Source: Parcubacteria group bacterium GW2011_GWA2_40_23 (lineage in GTDB: Bacteria > Patescibacteriota > Patescibacteriia > UBA11705 > JABHMO01). Taken from it: a stretch of 64,000 nucleotides of DNA. Where the stretch lies: contig LBYP01000003.1 in NCBI GenBank assembly GCA_000996245.1, positions 9,509 to 73,508 of the forward strand, written 5' to 3'. Positions within the stretch are counted from its first letter, which is position 1. Each line of letters begins with the position of its first letter. The position numbers and the translations under genes are program-made. Of the stretch, positions 10,125-20,039 are shown piece after piece. The notes under the pieces are model-generated. The model did not search any database and had not been told where the DNA came from. It was given only the letters and a program-made list of their open reading frames with translations.

Positions 10125-10182
10125 TCCGAACCCCCTTGTGTTGAGCACTATTGAGCGACGCTGTTGACAGTTGTCAGGAAGG

Positions 10183-10518
10183 TCACCAGCTACGAATCAG
10201 CACGCCGGTGTTGTCGCCGGCAGTACCTGTGCAAACGGTCAGGGTAACGCGCTCCTCTCGTACGTTCTTGGCAGAAACTAAACAGGCAAATCGGTCACTT
10301 TCAGGACAACCGAAGTACTCGGGTTTGTCCGAGCATTTGCTGACCGTGATGTCAGTGTATCCTTGGCGCTGTACGGCCAGGGTAATCGCGGATTTGTTCA
10401 TGGGCACTTTGGGAGCCCGTGGAGACAGAAACAAGTTGTAGAACATGACAGCAATAAGTGACACAGCCGCCGCGATCATCACTATTTCCATCGATGTGTT
10501 GTCCTTGGCACGTGGCAT
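10183..10518 (-). CDS. paralog of the adjacent 4-Cys protein, degenerate leader
   Basis: Shares QGY.DI.V..C....FGC...D..AC...A.N.R...V.L..CTG..G.N.GVLIRS with 9792-10124. AAGGAGG SD. Confidence 0.7.
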   Translation of the reverse strand: MPRAKDNTSMEIVMIAAAVSLIAVMFYNLFLSPRAPKVPMNKSAITLAVQRQGYTDITVSKCSDKPEYFGCPESDRFACLVSAKNVREERVTLTVCTGTAGDNTGVLIRSW

Positions 10519-10631
10519 CTTGAACCTCCTTGTGTTGAGCACCATTTGAACACACCGTCTTCAACAGATAATCATGCCAGCAAAAAATAATTTTGTCAAT
10601 ACACTGAGGAGTACGGCGGTTCGAACAGGCG

Positions 10632-10892
10632 CTACCTCCTGGGCGGAGGCGGCGTGACGAGCGGCTTCTTCTTGCCGAAGATGAGGGCGAGGATGTAGAT
10701 CGCGCCGCCGACGCAGACGAGGATGAAGGCCCACTTCGCGATCCAGATGGCGATGGCTAGCACGATGGTGCCGGTCACGGCCTTTACCACGGCGCGGACG
10801 ATCTGCTTCTGTAGCGGCTCGTCGGGAGCCGTTTTCTGGAGGAAGAAGAGGATGAACGCGAGAGCCAGGCACCCGATAACCCACAACAGCAT
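10632..10892 (-). CDS. GC-rich small membrane protein
   Basis: AAGGAGGTG SD, TM helices, TTGACT-17-TAAATT promoter. Confidence 0.65.
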   Translation of the reverse strand: MLLWVIGCLALAFILFFLQKTAPDEPLQKQIVRAVVKAVTGTIVLAIAIWIAKWAFILVCVGGAIYILALIFGKKKPLVTPPPPRR

Positions 10893-11098
10893 GACGCACC
10901 TCCTTCGAAGCGTTTGAGAACCAGCAACCACTCGCGAAGTCATAATTTAGTATATAAAGAGATAAAAGTCAATAGCAAGCGTTGTATGGTTTTGTCGGGA
11001 CGAGTTGCGATTTGTTCCCGCGTAAATGAGGGGTTAGTTGCTCATCATTAAAAAATTCGGCACCAGTCATGAGAGACGGGTGCCGCGTAGGAATGTGT

Positions 11099-11434
11099 TT
11101 AGGACTTTTTCGCTTTGGGCTCTTTGAAGCTGTGGTAGGTTATCGCGATGGCGAGAAGAATCCCGAGAATAGGAACCCTTGTTGCCAGAAGGACACAAAT
11201 GACAGAGTTGAACCCTGCCACGCCAAGGAGATAGACCAACTTTTTCCAGAGAGGGGCTTTGGAAACAGCACGGAGCAAGTCCCTGAAGAGTTCATATCTT
11301 TCTTTGTAGAAAGATTTAGCTTCCGGAGTTTCCAGGAAAATGTATAGGCGCTTGTACATGAAGGAAAGAACAACGCTGAAGTAGAGGGCACCGAAGACGT
11401 AAAAGTAAACGATGTGCTCCCTAAAGACCTCCAT
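11099..11434 (-). CDS. small membrane protein
   Basis: TM segments and an upstream TTGACA promoter. Confidence 0.55.
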   Translation of the reverse strand: MEVFREHIVYFYVFGALYFSVVLSFMYKRLYIFLETPEAKSFYKERYELFRDLLRAVSKAPLWKKLVYLLGVAGFNSVICVLLATRVPILGILLAIAITYHSFKEPKAKKS

Positions 11435-11666
11435 GATTCACCATGACACAGTCAATTGCATTAAAATTAGTATAGAGAGAGTACTTTGTCAATGTTGCCA
11501 TTGAATTTAAAAGCAAATTTAGATAAAATGGGAGCATAGCAACAAAAAATAGTTTTACGACAATCAAAAAACAATAAAACAATAAAACAAAAAGTTAACC
11601 ATAGGAGACTCCTTGCTTCTTTGTTTTCTTGCTTTATTGATTGTGTGCCAAGCAATTTAAAATACA

Positions 11667-13085
11667 ATGTCCGAAATAAACTCCAAAATCGCCCAAAACT
11701 CAATCATCCAACTAACAGGAAAACTAGTTAGTCTGGTTTTAGGTTTAGTGGCAGTGATGATAATGACTCGCTACCTCGGACAAGAGAAATTCGGATATTA
11801 TTATACGGTTGTAGCCTTCCTCCAATTTTTTGGAATACTTGTTGACTTTGGATTAACTTTGACGACAGTGCAAATGATTTCTGATTCGCGCTGGTCCCTT
11901 ACCCGTGTCATGAACTCAATCATGTCCTTTAGAATTATTACCGCGACAGCCTTCCTCGGACTGGCACCAATCATTGTTTGGTTTTTTCCATACAACAATT
12001 TTATTAAATGGGGCGTGTTAATTACAGTTTTTTCATTTTTCTGCATTACAGTTATTCAAGCATTGACTGGTGTCTTCCAACAAAAATTTAAAATGTTAGA
12101 AATAACAATCGCTGAAGTTGTTGGTCGAATCATTCTCGTCGCTGGTGTGGCCTTGACTGCTTATCTTGGTAAAAATATTTATTGGATTTTTTGGATGATT
12201 TCTATTGGCGCGGTTTTAAATTTGTTGATTGTATTTTTCTATTCACGAAAATATATTCAATGGAAATCAGAAGTTGATTTAGAAATTTGGAAAGTCTTGA
12301 TTCAAAAGTCTTGGCCAATTGCACTCGCTATTTCATTTAATTTGATTTATTTGAAGATGGATTCGATTATTCTTTCTTTGGTTAGAACACAATCAGAAGT
12401 TGGTTTGTATGGTGCAACCTATCGGGTGTTGGATATTCTGACAATGCTACCAGCCGTTCTTTTGGGAATTGCTTTGCCTGTTCTATCAAAATATTTTATT
12501 GATCATGAAATCGATAAGTTGAAAAATTTATTACAGAAAATTTTTGACGCGTTAATTATTTTTGCAGTGCCAATTGTTATTGGAACACAGATTGCCGGCC
12601 GCCCGATAATGGAATTTTTTGCGGGCAAAGATTTTTCTGTGTCCGGCGACATTTTAAGAGTTCTTATTTTGGCGGCCGGTGCCATTTTCGTCACCACTGT
12701 CTCTGGCTACGCTGTTATCGCTGTTCAAAAACAAAAACCCATGACTTGGGGTTATTTAACTGCAGCAGTTTTAACTCTCGCCGGTTATTTATATTTCATT
12801 CCTAAATTCGGTTATTGGGGTGCGGCCTGGATGACAGTTTTTTCTGAAATTTTAATTATGATCTGGTCAACTGTTCTTGTTTATAAAACAATTCAGTTTG
12901 TTCCCGGCTTAAATATTTTTTGGCGTTCGCTTGTTCCAACTCTTGTTATGACGATAGCTCTTTACTTGTGCCGAGATTTGCATGCCCTCTGGTTGATTTT
13001 GATTGCAATCATAGTTTATTTTCCATTATTATATTTATTCCGTGGTTTTGACCCCAAGCATTTTCGTGGTTTGTTGCGTTCGTAG
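11667..13085 (+). CDS. polysaccharide flippase (Wzx/RfbX, MATE-like)
   Basis: ~14 TM, RYLG..KFG, DFGL, KMDSIILS, EVGLYGATYR. Confidence 0.88.
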   Translation: MSEINSKIAQNSIIQLTGKLVSLVLGLVAVMIMTRYLGQEKFGYYYTVVAFLQFFGILVDFGLTLTTVQMISDSRWSLTRVMNSIMSFRIITATAFLGLAPIIVWFFPYNNFIKWGVLITVFSFFCITVIQALTGVFQQKFKMLEITIAEVVGRIILVAGVALTAYLGKNIYWIFWMISIGAVLNLLIVFFYSRKYIQWKSEVDLEIWKVLIQKSWPIALAISFNLIYLKMDSIILSLVRTQSEVGLYGATYRVLDILTMLPAVLLGIALPVLSKYFIDHEIDKLKNLLQKIFDALIIFAVPIVIGTQIAGRPIMEFFAGKDFSVSGDILRVLILAAGAIFVTTVSGYAVIAVQKQKPMTWGYLTAAVLTLAGYLYFIPKFGYWGAAWMTVFSEILIMIWSTVLVYKTIQFVPGLNIFWRSLVPTLVMTIALYLCRDLHALWLILIAIIVYFPLLYLFRGFDPKHFRGLLRS

Positions 13086-13127
13086 GGGCTTGTAGGGGCT
13101 CAAGAGATTGAGCCCAGGCTAAAATAT

Positions 13128-14549
13128 ATGTTATACATCCTCATTATCTTCGTACTCTTATTCGCCTACCTCGCCTGGCGCAAACCAATCTGGGCCCTGT
13201 CTTTTGTTGTTTTGGCTTTACCAACATATCTTCTGCGGTTCGAGATTCGAAATATTCCGACAACATTACTCGAAATCATGATTTTAGTTTTGTTTGTCGT
13301 CTGGCTTATCAAAACAATTTTAGAAAAACAAAAAATAACTTTTAGCAAATACAAATGGTGGATTCTGTTGTTGCTTGTCGTTGCGACAGTTTCCGCCTTT
13401 GTGACTTCGGTAGGGGCTCAAAATTTTGAGCCCCTACCGTGGGGAATTTGGAAAGCCTATTTTATTGAACCAATTTTATTCTTCTTGGTGTTTATCAATA
13501 CAGTAAAAACAAAAAAAGAGTGGAACTTAGTCGTTGGTGCGCTATGGTTATCCGCTTTTTTGGTAGCGATTCCCGCAATCATCCAAAAATTTACTGGCTG
13601 GGGAATACCAAATGAGTTTTGGCGAAATGAAGCTACTCGTCGCATCACTTCTTGGTATGGATTTCCCAATGCTGTTGGTTTATATCTGGCGCCAATAGGC
13701 ATGTTCTTTGCTGGATTGTTAATGCAAAATAAAATTAATGTTATTGAAAAATTTAAACAAAACGGTCTTGTAGGGATAGGTCGTGACCTGTCCCCCTTCC
13801 GGAAAAATTTTTGGAAAACAATATCAATTTTATTTTTATTTGTTTTAATTGTGCTGTCTTTAATTTTCGCTGGTTCAGAGGGAGCGCTCATCGGTCTTGT
13901 CGCCGGACTAATTTTCCTTGGTCTTGTCTATCCCTATCGTTTAACAAGAATTGCGACGCTAATATGTTTGCTTTCTTGCTTTCTTGCTTTCTTGATTGTC
14001 CCCAACTGGCGAGAATACGCCTCTGAGAAGTTTACTATGAGTGACCGCTCCGGCCAAATCCGCCAGCAACAGTGGAAGGAAACTTGGACGATGTTAAAAG
14101 AGGATCACCAAATTCTCGGAGGAGGTTTGGCGAATTATCAAACAGCGATTAAGCCGTATCATGCCGAAGGAATTTGGATTAAAGATAAAAATGATCATGA
14201 TTGGATTAATAAAATTAGAATAAGTGAAGAATTTAGAATCAAAAACTGGCAACCAACTGAAATTTATTTATATCCACATAATATTTTGTTAAATTTCTGG
14301 TCCGAAATCGGAATTTTAGGGGCTGGAATAATGTTAGTTTTAGTGCTAAAGTTGTTCCTCGGATACCTGCGAGTCAAAAGTCAGGAAAACAAAAGGATGT
14401 ATTTGATTTTAATGTCAGTTTTTGTCGTTATTCTTGTTCATGGTTTAGTCGACGTGCCGTATTTTAAAAATGATTTAAGTGTGTTTTGGTGGATGTTGTT
14501 TGGTCTAAGTGTGGTATTAATTAAAAGAAAAGAAATATTAATAAAGTAG
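13128..14549 (+). CDS. O-antigen ligase family protein
   Basis: Multi-TM, RITSWYGFPNAVGLYL, YPHNILLNFWSEIG, HGLVDVPYFKND. Contains two in-frame REP palindromes. Confidence 0.85.
   Translation: MLYILIIFVLLFAYLAWRKPIWALSFVVLALPTYLLRFEIRNIPTTLLEIMILVLFVVWLIKTILEKQKITFSKYKWWILLLLVVATVSAFVTSVGAQNFEPLPWGIWKAYFIEPILFFLVFINTVKTKKEWNLVVGALWLSAFLVAIPAIIQKFTGWGIPNEFWRNEATRRITSWYGFPNAVGLYLAPIGMFFAGLLMQNKINVIEKFKQNGLVGIGRDLSPFRKNFWKTISILFLFVLIVLSLIFAGSEGALIGLVAGLIFLGLVYPYRLTRIATLICLLSCFLAFLIVPNWREYASEKFTMSDRSGQIRQQQWKETWTMLKEDHQILGGGLANYQTAIKPYHAEGIWIKDKNDHDWINKIRISEEFRIKNWQPTEIYLYPHNILLNFWSEIGILGAGIMLVLVLKLFLGYLRVKSQENKRMYLILMSVFVVILVHGLVDVPYFKNDLSVFWWMLFGLSVVLIKRKEILIK
13408..13439. repeat. GTAG-type REP palindrome inside CDS
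   Basis: Perfect 32-bp palindrome cggtaggggctcaaaattttgagcccctaccg. Relatives at 13092, 28061, 28274 and 28356. Confidence 0.85.
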
Positions 14550-14553
14550 AGAT

Positions 14554-15444
14554 ATGTTTCAAGAAGGAATGATGCCAACGGCGGCTGGTCCAAAAGATCC
14601 AGTCATGGAAGCAGCCGTTTACGCTGCACAAATTAAAGGACATGAAAAAATTAGAGTTTATCATAACGATGGACATGTTTTATTTGAGGGGACTCCGAGG
14701 GAAGTGGCAAATTTTTGGGGTATTGGTGGTTTAGCGCGAGTGGAGGAGGTTGGTTCCATTGCGGATGCCGAAGGGCAAACAATTGTTAAGATTAACAATA
14801 CAAATGAATCAGGGTCTATTGCGAGAAATAAAGTTGAAATGATTATGGGTGCTTTAGCAATGGATATAGAAGATGCTGATATTGCTCAAGACCGTGCAGC
14901 CGGTTGTACATTGTCGCCAGAAGAACAAGAAGCAGAATTACGTCGTTGTTATTCAATTAAAAAACAGGTTGAAGCTAAACATGGAGAAAAGTTACAGGAA
15001 CATTTACTTATGATGTCATTGGGAATTAACCCTGAAAATGAAGAACCGCTTTTTAGAACAGTTTCTGGTGAAGTTGGTCATAATTTTGAGGCACATGGTA
15101 TCGAGAAAAATGATCAATTAGAAAAATTATTAGCCTTACTTGAGAATGGTATTAATAAAGAGAAACCATTCTCAACAGCGCCATTTGAATTACCTCCGAC
15201 AGAACGAGGCGTAGCCATGGCTGAGCATAAAGTTGGTAGTGGGGTTTGTTATCAGAGCGGAATGGCTGTAGTCACTGGGGGTTACAGAGAAGGCTTAGTT
15301 GAGCGCGGCATTAAATACGTTTTTATCAATGATGTTTATGCAGAACTTTTGGCTCCACTGCGAAAATTATTTCCACAGTACAAAATTCATTTATTAAGTT
15401 TTCAAAAAGAAGTTTTGGATACGGAATTTGTTGAACATAATTAG
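14554..15444 (+). CDS. hypothetical protein
   Basis: 296-aa ORF, co-oriented, no motif recognised. Confidence 0.6.
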   Translation: MFQEGMMPTAAGPKDPVMEAAVYAAQIKGHEKIRVYHNDGHVLFEGTPREVANFWGIGGLARVEEVGSIADAEGQTIVKINNTNESGSIARNKVEMIMGALAMDIEDADIAQDRAAGCTLSPEEQEAELRRCYSIKKQVEAKHGEKLQEHLLMMSLGINPENEEPLFRTVSGEVGHNFEAHGIEKNDQLEKLLALLENGINKEKPFSTAPFELPPTERGVAMAEHKVGSGVCYQSGMAVVTGGYREGLVERGIKYVFINDVYAELLAPLRKLFPQYKIHLLSFQKEVLDTEFVEHN

Positions 15445-15459
15445 CCATTCCAAAAGAAT

Positions 15460-16065
15460 ATGAACAAGATAATTTAAATTGGTGGTGCTCCAACAGTAGG
15501 GAAATCATTTGTTGCTCAAAAACTTTCCGAAGATTTGAAACTGCCTTGGATTTCGACTGATATTATCCGCACTATAATGCAGAAAACGGTTAAGAAAGTT
15601 GATTATCCAGACTTATTTTATCCTGCTATGGATGAAGCACAAGACTATTTAGGAAAAAAGAGCTCGCAAAAAATTGTTGATGATCAAAACAAAGAAAGCG
15701 CAGTGGTTTGGCGTGGTGTTGAGGCGATGATAAGAACTCAGGATACGTGGGAATCATATATAATAGAAGGCGTCGCTATTTTGCCAGAGTATGTCTCTCT
15801 CGTAAGCAAGGAAGTCGAGAACATTCAGCCTTTCTTTTTGTACGAAGAACGAGTAGAGCGGATTCGTGAAGTAATTTTTACGCGTGGATTATGGGACGAA
15901 GCAGATAAATATTCAAAGGAATTAAAAGAAAAAGAAGTTGAGTGGGTTCTTTTGTTCAATCAGTTCATTAAAGACGAAGCGACAAAATATGGTTTTCCAT
16001 TAATTCAATACAAGGATGACGGTTCGTATTTTGAAGAGATAAAGAAGTTGTTCAAAGTGTTGTAA
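15460..16065 (+). pseudogene. P-loop kinase (2-phosphoglycerate kinase-like) with early in-frame TAA
   Basis: ATG 15460 reads MNKII*IGGAPTVGKSFVAQKLSEDLKLPWISTD in frame with ORF 15535. The stop at 15475-15477 precedes Walker A. Confidence 0.75.
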
Positions 16066-16152
16066 TTGTTTACCCAGCACTTTAAGGGAACACTTAATAG
16101 TACAGGGTTATATCGCTTCGCTTGTAGTCAGTATCTTAAAATTAAAAAATAT

Positions 16153-16242
16153 GGAGGCGTGGCTGAGTGGTCGAAAGCACCGCATTCGAAACGCGGCAGA
16201 TCTTAACCGGTCTCAGGGGTTCAAATCCTCTCGCCTCCGCCA
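16153..16242 (+). tRNA. tRNA-Ser(CGA)
   Basis: GGAGGCG/CGCCTCC acceptor stem, loop TTCGAAA, long variable arm, GGTTCAAATCC, encoded CCA. Confidence 0.93.
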
Positions 16243-16309
16243 TGAAGTACACACGGAGTGTGACTTCATGGTATACCATATTTGTTCAGATGTTTTGTAA
16301 AATAAATAC

Positions 16310-17248
16310 ATGAATACAAATCTTTTTAGAACAGAGGAAGAGCGAAAAGTCACTCTTACACCCAAAGAGCTGAAGAATATTCTTGGTGTTGATCCGCAGT
16401 TTGAATCTGTTTCCGAAGCGGTTTACTTTGATAACTACGATCTACCATGTCCAGTAAGGGTGAGCGTAACCACTAAAGACAAAAAAGTAGTAATGATAGT
16501 TCTTAGAAAGAATCGACACGGCGGTATAAAAAACGAAGTAAAAATCTTCCGCGCACTAAAAGAGTTTGGTCTTCCTGTCCCCGAAGTTCTAGTTGAACCT
16601 TTTAAAAATGAAGAAGGCGAGTATGTTGCTATTTTGTCGCTTTTACCAGGAGAAAATCTTCAGAAACTAGGAATGCGATCTGATGAAGGTTTAGCACAAG
16701 CAAAAGAATTGCTTGTGCAGGCCGTAATTACTCTTACCACCGCCACAGATTTTATTAGAAAACATGAAGTATCTAAGATTATTCCAAATATCTCATTAAT
16801 GAAAGAGTTGGCAGACGTAAATGTTGAAGAAAATTCGTGGTTTAAGGAAGAAGTTTTTCAGACCGCAGTCGAAAAACTAAAAAGTATTCTTGAGGATATT
16901 ACAACTCCGTTAGTACTTTCAAATGGAGATTATCAGCCAGGTAATTTTTTGGCAAAGGACGGAGAAATTACCGGTTTCCTCGATTTTGAATCGCTATCAT
17001 TTCAAGACCCGCTAATGGGTTTTGTAAAATATCCGATTTATGATTTACTTCCATTATCTCGAACAGATGTAGTTAAAATATTCTTAGATAAAAAAGGATT
17101 TTCTGAAAAAGACTTTAGTTGTCGCTTGGCTTTGGGATGTTTGAAAGTTCTCAAAAAAGAAATTCCTGTTTCGGGAGGTGATGAAGAAACTCAAGAGTAC
17201 AGAAATAGAACCCTGACCCTTCTGAAGAAAAGTTTGAACTCTCTATGA
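16310..17248 (+). CDS. aminoglycoside phosphotransferase / choline kinase family protein
   Basis: GLPVPEVL, SNGDYQPGNFL (Brenner-like motif), GFLDFE. Confidence 0.8.
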   Translation: MNTNLFRTEEERKVTLTPKELKNILGVDPQFESVSEAVYFDNYDLPCPVRVSVTTKDKKVVMIVLRKNRHGGIKNEVKIFRALKEFGLPVPEVLVEPFKNEEGEYVAILSLLPGENLQKLGMRSDEGLAQAKELLVQAVITLTTATDFIRKHEVSKIIPNISLMKELADVNVEENSWFKEEVFQTAVEKLKSILEDITTPLVLSNGDYQPGNFLAKDGEITGFLDFESLSFQDPLMGFVKYPIYDLLPLSRTDVVKIFLDKKGFSEKDFSCRLALGCLKVLKKEIPVSGGDEETQEYRNRTLTLLKKSLNSL

Positions 17249-17309
17249 GAAAGTCACAAATAGATTAAATGATGACGTGGTTAACCAGAATTAAAATTAA
17301 AGTTAATTT

Positions 17310-18512
17310 ATGAAACTCAACAGATTTTTACAAATTGGAATTTTTTGTGTCATTGTTGTGTTGGTAATAGGGGGAGTTTTTTATTTATCAACGAATAGCA
17401 CCTCTTCCTCAATCGCCGCTATCATCGAAAATTCGCCGATGAACTTTATTTTTAAAGAAAAGATACCGGAAATAACAAAAACTGAAGCAGTGATAGTTTC
17501 TGTTGGTGACATTTTCATGCATGACAATAATTTATTTGCAGCCTACAACAAAACCACCAAAAAATATAACTTTGATTCTGTTTTTTCAGCAACTAATAAT
17601 TATTTTAAAGATGCTGACGTCTCGACTACCTGGCTTGGTGCGGTTTATAGTCCAATAGGACCATATTTAGGCTACCCTTTATTTAAATCCCCGGTTGAGC
17701 TTATCGACACCTTACAAAACATTGAATTGGATGTGGCATTTAGAACCAATCACACCATGGACTTTGGTGTTAAGGGGTTGAATGAAACAACGCAAATTCT
17801 TAAAGATCACAATATCAACCAAGTGGCGGCGTATGATACAGAAGATTCCAGTAAAGAGATTTATGTTTATAAAAAAGATGATTTAAAAATTTCTTTCCTC
17901 GGATATATTTATGGTATGAACGGGTTGCCAATTAAAGAACCATGGATGATTAACTTGATCGATTTGGAAAAAATAAAAAATGATATTGCCAAAGCTAAAA
18001 CACAATCAGACTTTGTTGTCGTGGCTCTACATTTTGGTAACGAATATCAGAGGTTTCCTAGCGATTGGCAAAAAGAAACCGCTCAACAAATTGCTGACTT
18101 TGGTGCAGACATGATTATTGGTTCTCATCCGCACGTTATGCAACCAGCAGATGTAATAACCGCAAGCGATGGAAGAAAAGTTTTTGTGGCTTATGGGTTA
18201 GGGAACTTTTACTGTGGTCAAAGAGAACAATTTACAGATGCTGGTATGGTATTACGATATACAATTGAGAAAACAGAGGGGAAGACAAGTTTAAAAGATG
18301 TTGCTTATGTTCCAACCTGGGTGGCGCAGTACAAAGAAAATGGCCGAACGCAGTTTAAGGTTTTACCAAGTAAGGAATATATAAAATTATACGAAGAGAA
18401 AAAGGCAGATTTTCTTTCTGTGGCGAATTACAATCGTTTAAAGCAAACTTATCAGGAAACAGTAAAACATTTGGATAATCTCAGAATTGGTTTTGTGGAA
18501 TATCAGAAGTAA
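17310..18512 (+). CDS. CapA (PGA_cap) metallophosphoesterase family
   Basis: VGDIFMH, NHTMDFG, LHFGNEY, GADMIIGSHPHV, YGLGNF. Confidence 0.88.
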   Translation: MKLNRFLQIGIFCVIVVLVIGGVFYLSTNSTSSSIAAIIENSPMNFIFKEKIPEITKTEAVIVSVGDIFMHDNNLFAAYNKTTKKYNFDSVFSATNNYFKDADVSTTWLGAVYSPIGPYLGYPLFKSPVELIDTLQNIELDVAFRTNHTMDFGVKGLNETTQILKDHNINQVAAYDTEDSSKEIYVYKKDDLKISFLGYIYGMNGLPIKEPWMINLIDLEKIKNDIAKAKTQSDFVVVALHFGNEYQRFPSDWQKETAQQIADFGADMIIGSHPHVMQPADVITASDGRKVFVAYGLGNFYCGQREQFTDAGMVLRYTIEKTEGKTSLKDVAYVPTWVAQYKENGRTQFKVLPSKEYIKLYEEKKADFLSVANYNRLKQTYQETVKHLDNLRIGFVEYQK

Positions 18513-18570
18513 TTATTCTAATATCATCTAAATTGGACTTTTTTATACAGTAATAGTTAAAATGATGTAT

Positions 18571-18804
18571 ATGAAAAATATACAAAAAGAACTGGTGCTC
18601 TTTGAGCGCTTTTACATTCGTCGTTGTTATGATGAAAAGACGGAAACATGGTATTTTTCGGTTATTGATATTATCGCAGCTTTAATTGAGCAAGCTGATT
18701 TTAAGTGCGCACAGAGTTATTGAACAACACTAAAAAGTCGTCTAAAGAAGGAAGGGAATCAGTCGGTCACAAAATGTGACCAACTGAAAATGTTATTTGG
18801 GTGA
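18571..18804 (+). pseudogene. truncated Bro-N domain gene remnant
   Basis: MKNIQKELVLFERFYIRRCYDEKTETWYFSVIDIIAAL...SY*TTLKSRLKKEGNQSVTKCDQLKM. TGA at 18721. Similar to the N-terminus of 55049-55876. Confidence 0.75.
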
Positions 18805-18812
18805 GAATTAAA

Positions 18813-18850
18813 AAATCACAGTCCATCATTTAATCATGTAAATCATAGTA
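18813..18850 (+). repeat. AATCAT repeat array A (single degenerate unit)
   Basis: aaatcacagtccatcatttaatcatgtaaatcatagta. Confidence 0.7.
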
Positions 18851-18932
18851 CCGAAAGAAGGGTTAAATATTGCCCTTGCCTCGCCAACCAGTAATTGATT
18901 CAATAAAAAGGTTAATTTGGAAATAATATATT

Positions 18933-20039
18933 ATGGCACACGAAAAAATAGATTTAACAAAAAAAGAGCCAGTTACGGTTGAGCCAGAAGAAGGCGAAGC
19001 ACAGGTTTGGGTTCAAGCGCAACCGCCCTGGGAAGATTTCGCTTCAGTCAATGTTGATGAAGACGCCAAAAGAAAAGAAGCCACACCAGAACAGGCTAAA
19101 GAAATGGACAAACGGATGGCGGAACTTGGCGTCGCTTTTGCAGGATCAAAATTAAATTGGCATTTGGATGGAGCTTTAAATATTTCATTATTAGCGGGAA
19201 AATATATTGGTTATCACAAAGACGTTGATGTGTCAGTCGAGCAAGGAGAGTTAGCACAACTTGAAGCTCAACTTTTTGACCATGGTTATGGTCTTTTTTT
19301 GTCTAGTACCAACGAAGAAACAGGTGAACGTCAATTACGCCGCGTGGGATTTAAAGTTTTTCAAGATTCTGAAAAAGAACATATGCTGATTGCAGCCATT
19401 GATGAACGCAGAAAGTTGCGCGAGGATAAGGCTTTGAATTTCGTAGATGTTCATGTGTTAGCTAGAAATGAGGCGGGGCTAGCCTTAGGTTGTTTGGATG
19501 TAGTAATCCCCGAAAAGTGGACCAAACCATATCCAGTTGAATTCAACGGCCAACAAATAAATTTATCGCATCCAGGGAAAGTACTTTATTATAAATTACA
19601 TCAAGACAGAAATTATGATGTGACTGACGTTGAGCGGCTTATTAAAACAGGAAATTTAATGGTTGAAGATGTTGATGATGTCGGCGAAGTTTATGAAAAA
19701 GAATTTAAGGCAAATTTAGCAAGAGCACGTAAACGTTTTGCCCCAATCTCAGCAGAAATAAAATCTGGCACAACAGCAGAACAAATTGCTCAATTATTTT
19801 TTAATGATGAAGAATTTTCTCGCGCCGGCGAAGCGACAAGGCCGGCTTTTGTGGAATTGGGCAAGCAACTTATTGCTTCTGGCGATACTTCTGTCGAGAA
19901 TATGATAAAAATTGCTGTGGGCATATTCAAAGCCGAGGAACAAAACGATCAAATACGGGAGAAGATTGCAAAAATTAGGAAAGATGTTGAGGTGCAGGCG
20001 GAGTTGAAAAATGTTCGAGAGCAAATGTCTAAATCATGA
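18933..20039 (+). CDS. putative nucleotidyltransferase (AadB/Lnu-like motif) with helical C-terminus
   Basis: WHLDGALNISLLAGKYIGYHKDVDVSV resembles W.L.GG.....G...R.H.D.D. Confidence 0.55.
   Translation: MAHEKIDLTKKEPVTVEPEEGEAQVWVQAQPPWEDFASVNVDEDAKRKEATPEQAKEMDKRMAELGVAFAGSKLNWHLDGALNISLLAGKYIGYHKDVDVSVEQGELAQLEAQLFDHGYGLFLSSTNEETGERQLRRVGFKVFQDSEKEHMLIAAIDERRKLREDKALNFVDVHVLARNEAGLALGCLDVVIPEKWTKPYPVEFNGQQINLSHPGKVLYYKLHQDRNYDVTDVERLIKTGNLMVEDVDDVGEVYEKEFKANLARARKRFAPISAEIKSGTTAEQIAQLFFNDEEFSRAGEATRPAFVELGKQLIASGDTSVENMIKIAVGIFKAEEQNDQIREKIAKIRKDVEVQAELKNVREQMSKS

Noticed and set aside
9582-10154. 190-aa plus-strand ORF and other overlapping ORFs at 9.0-11.4 kb
   Set aside because: They are antisense shadows of GC-rich minus-strand genes, and this one also reads through a REP and a promoter.
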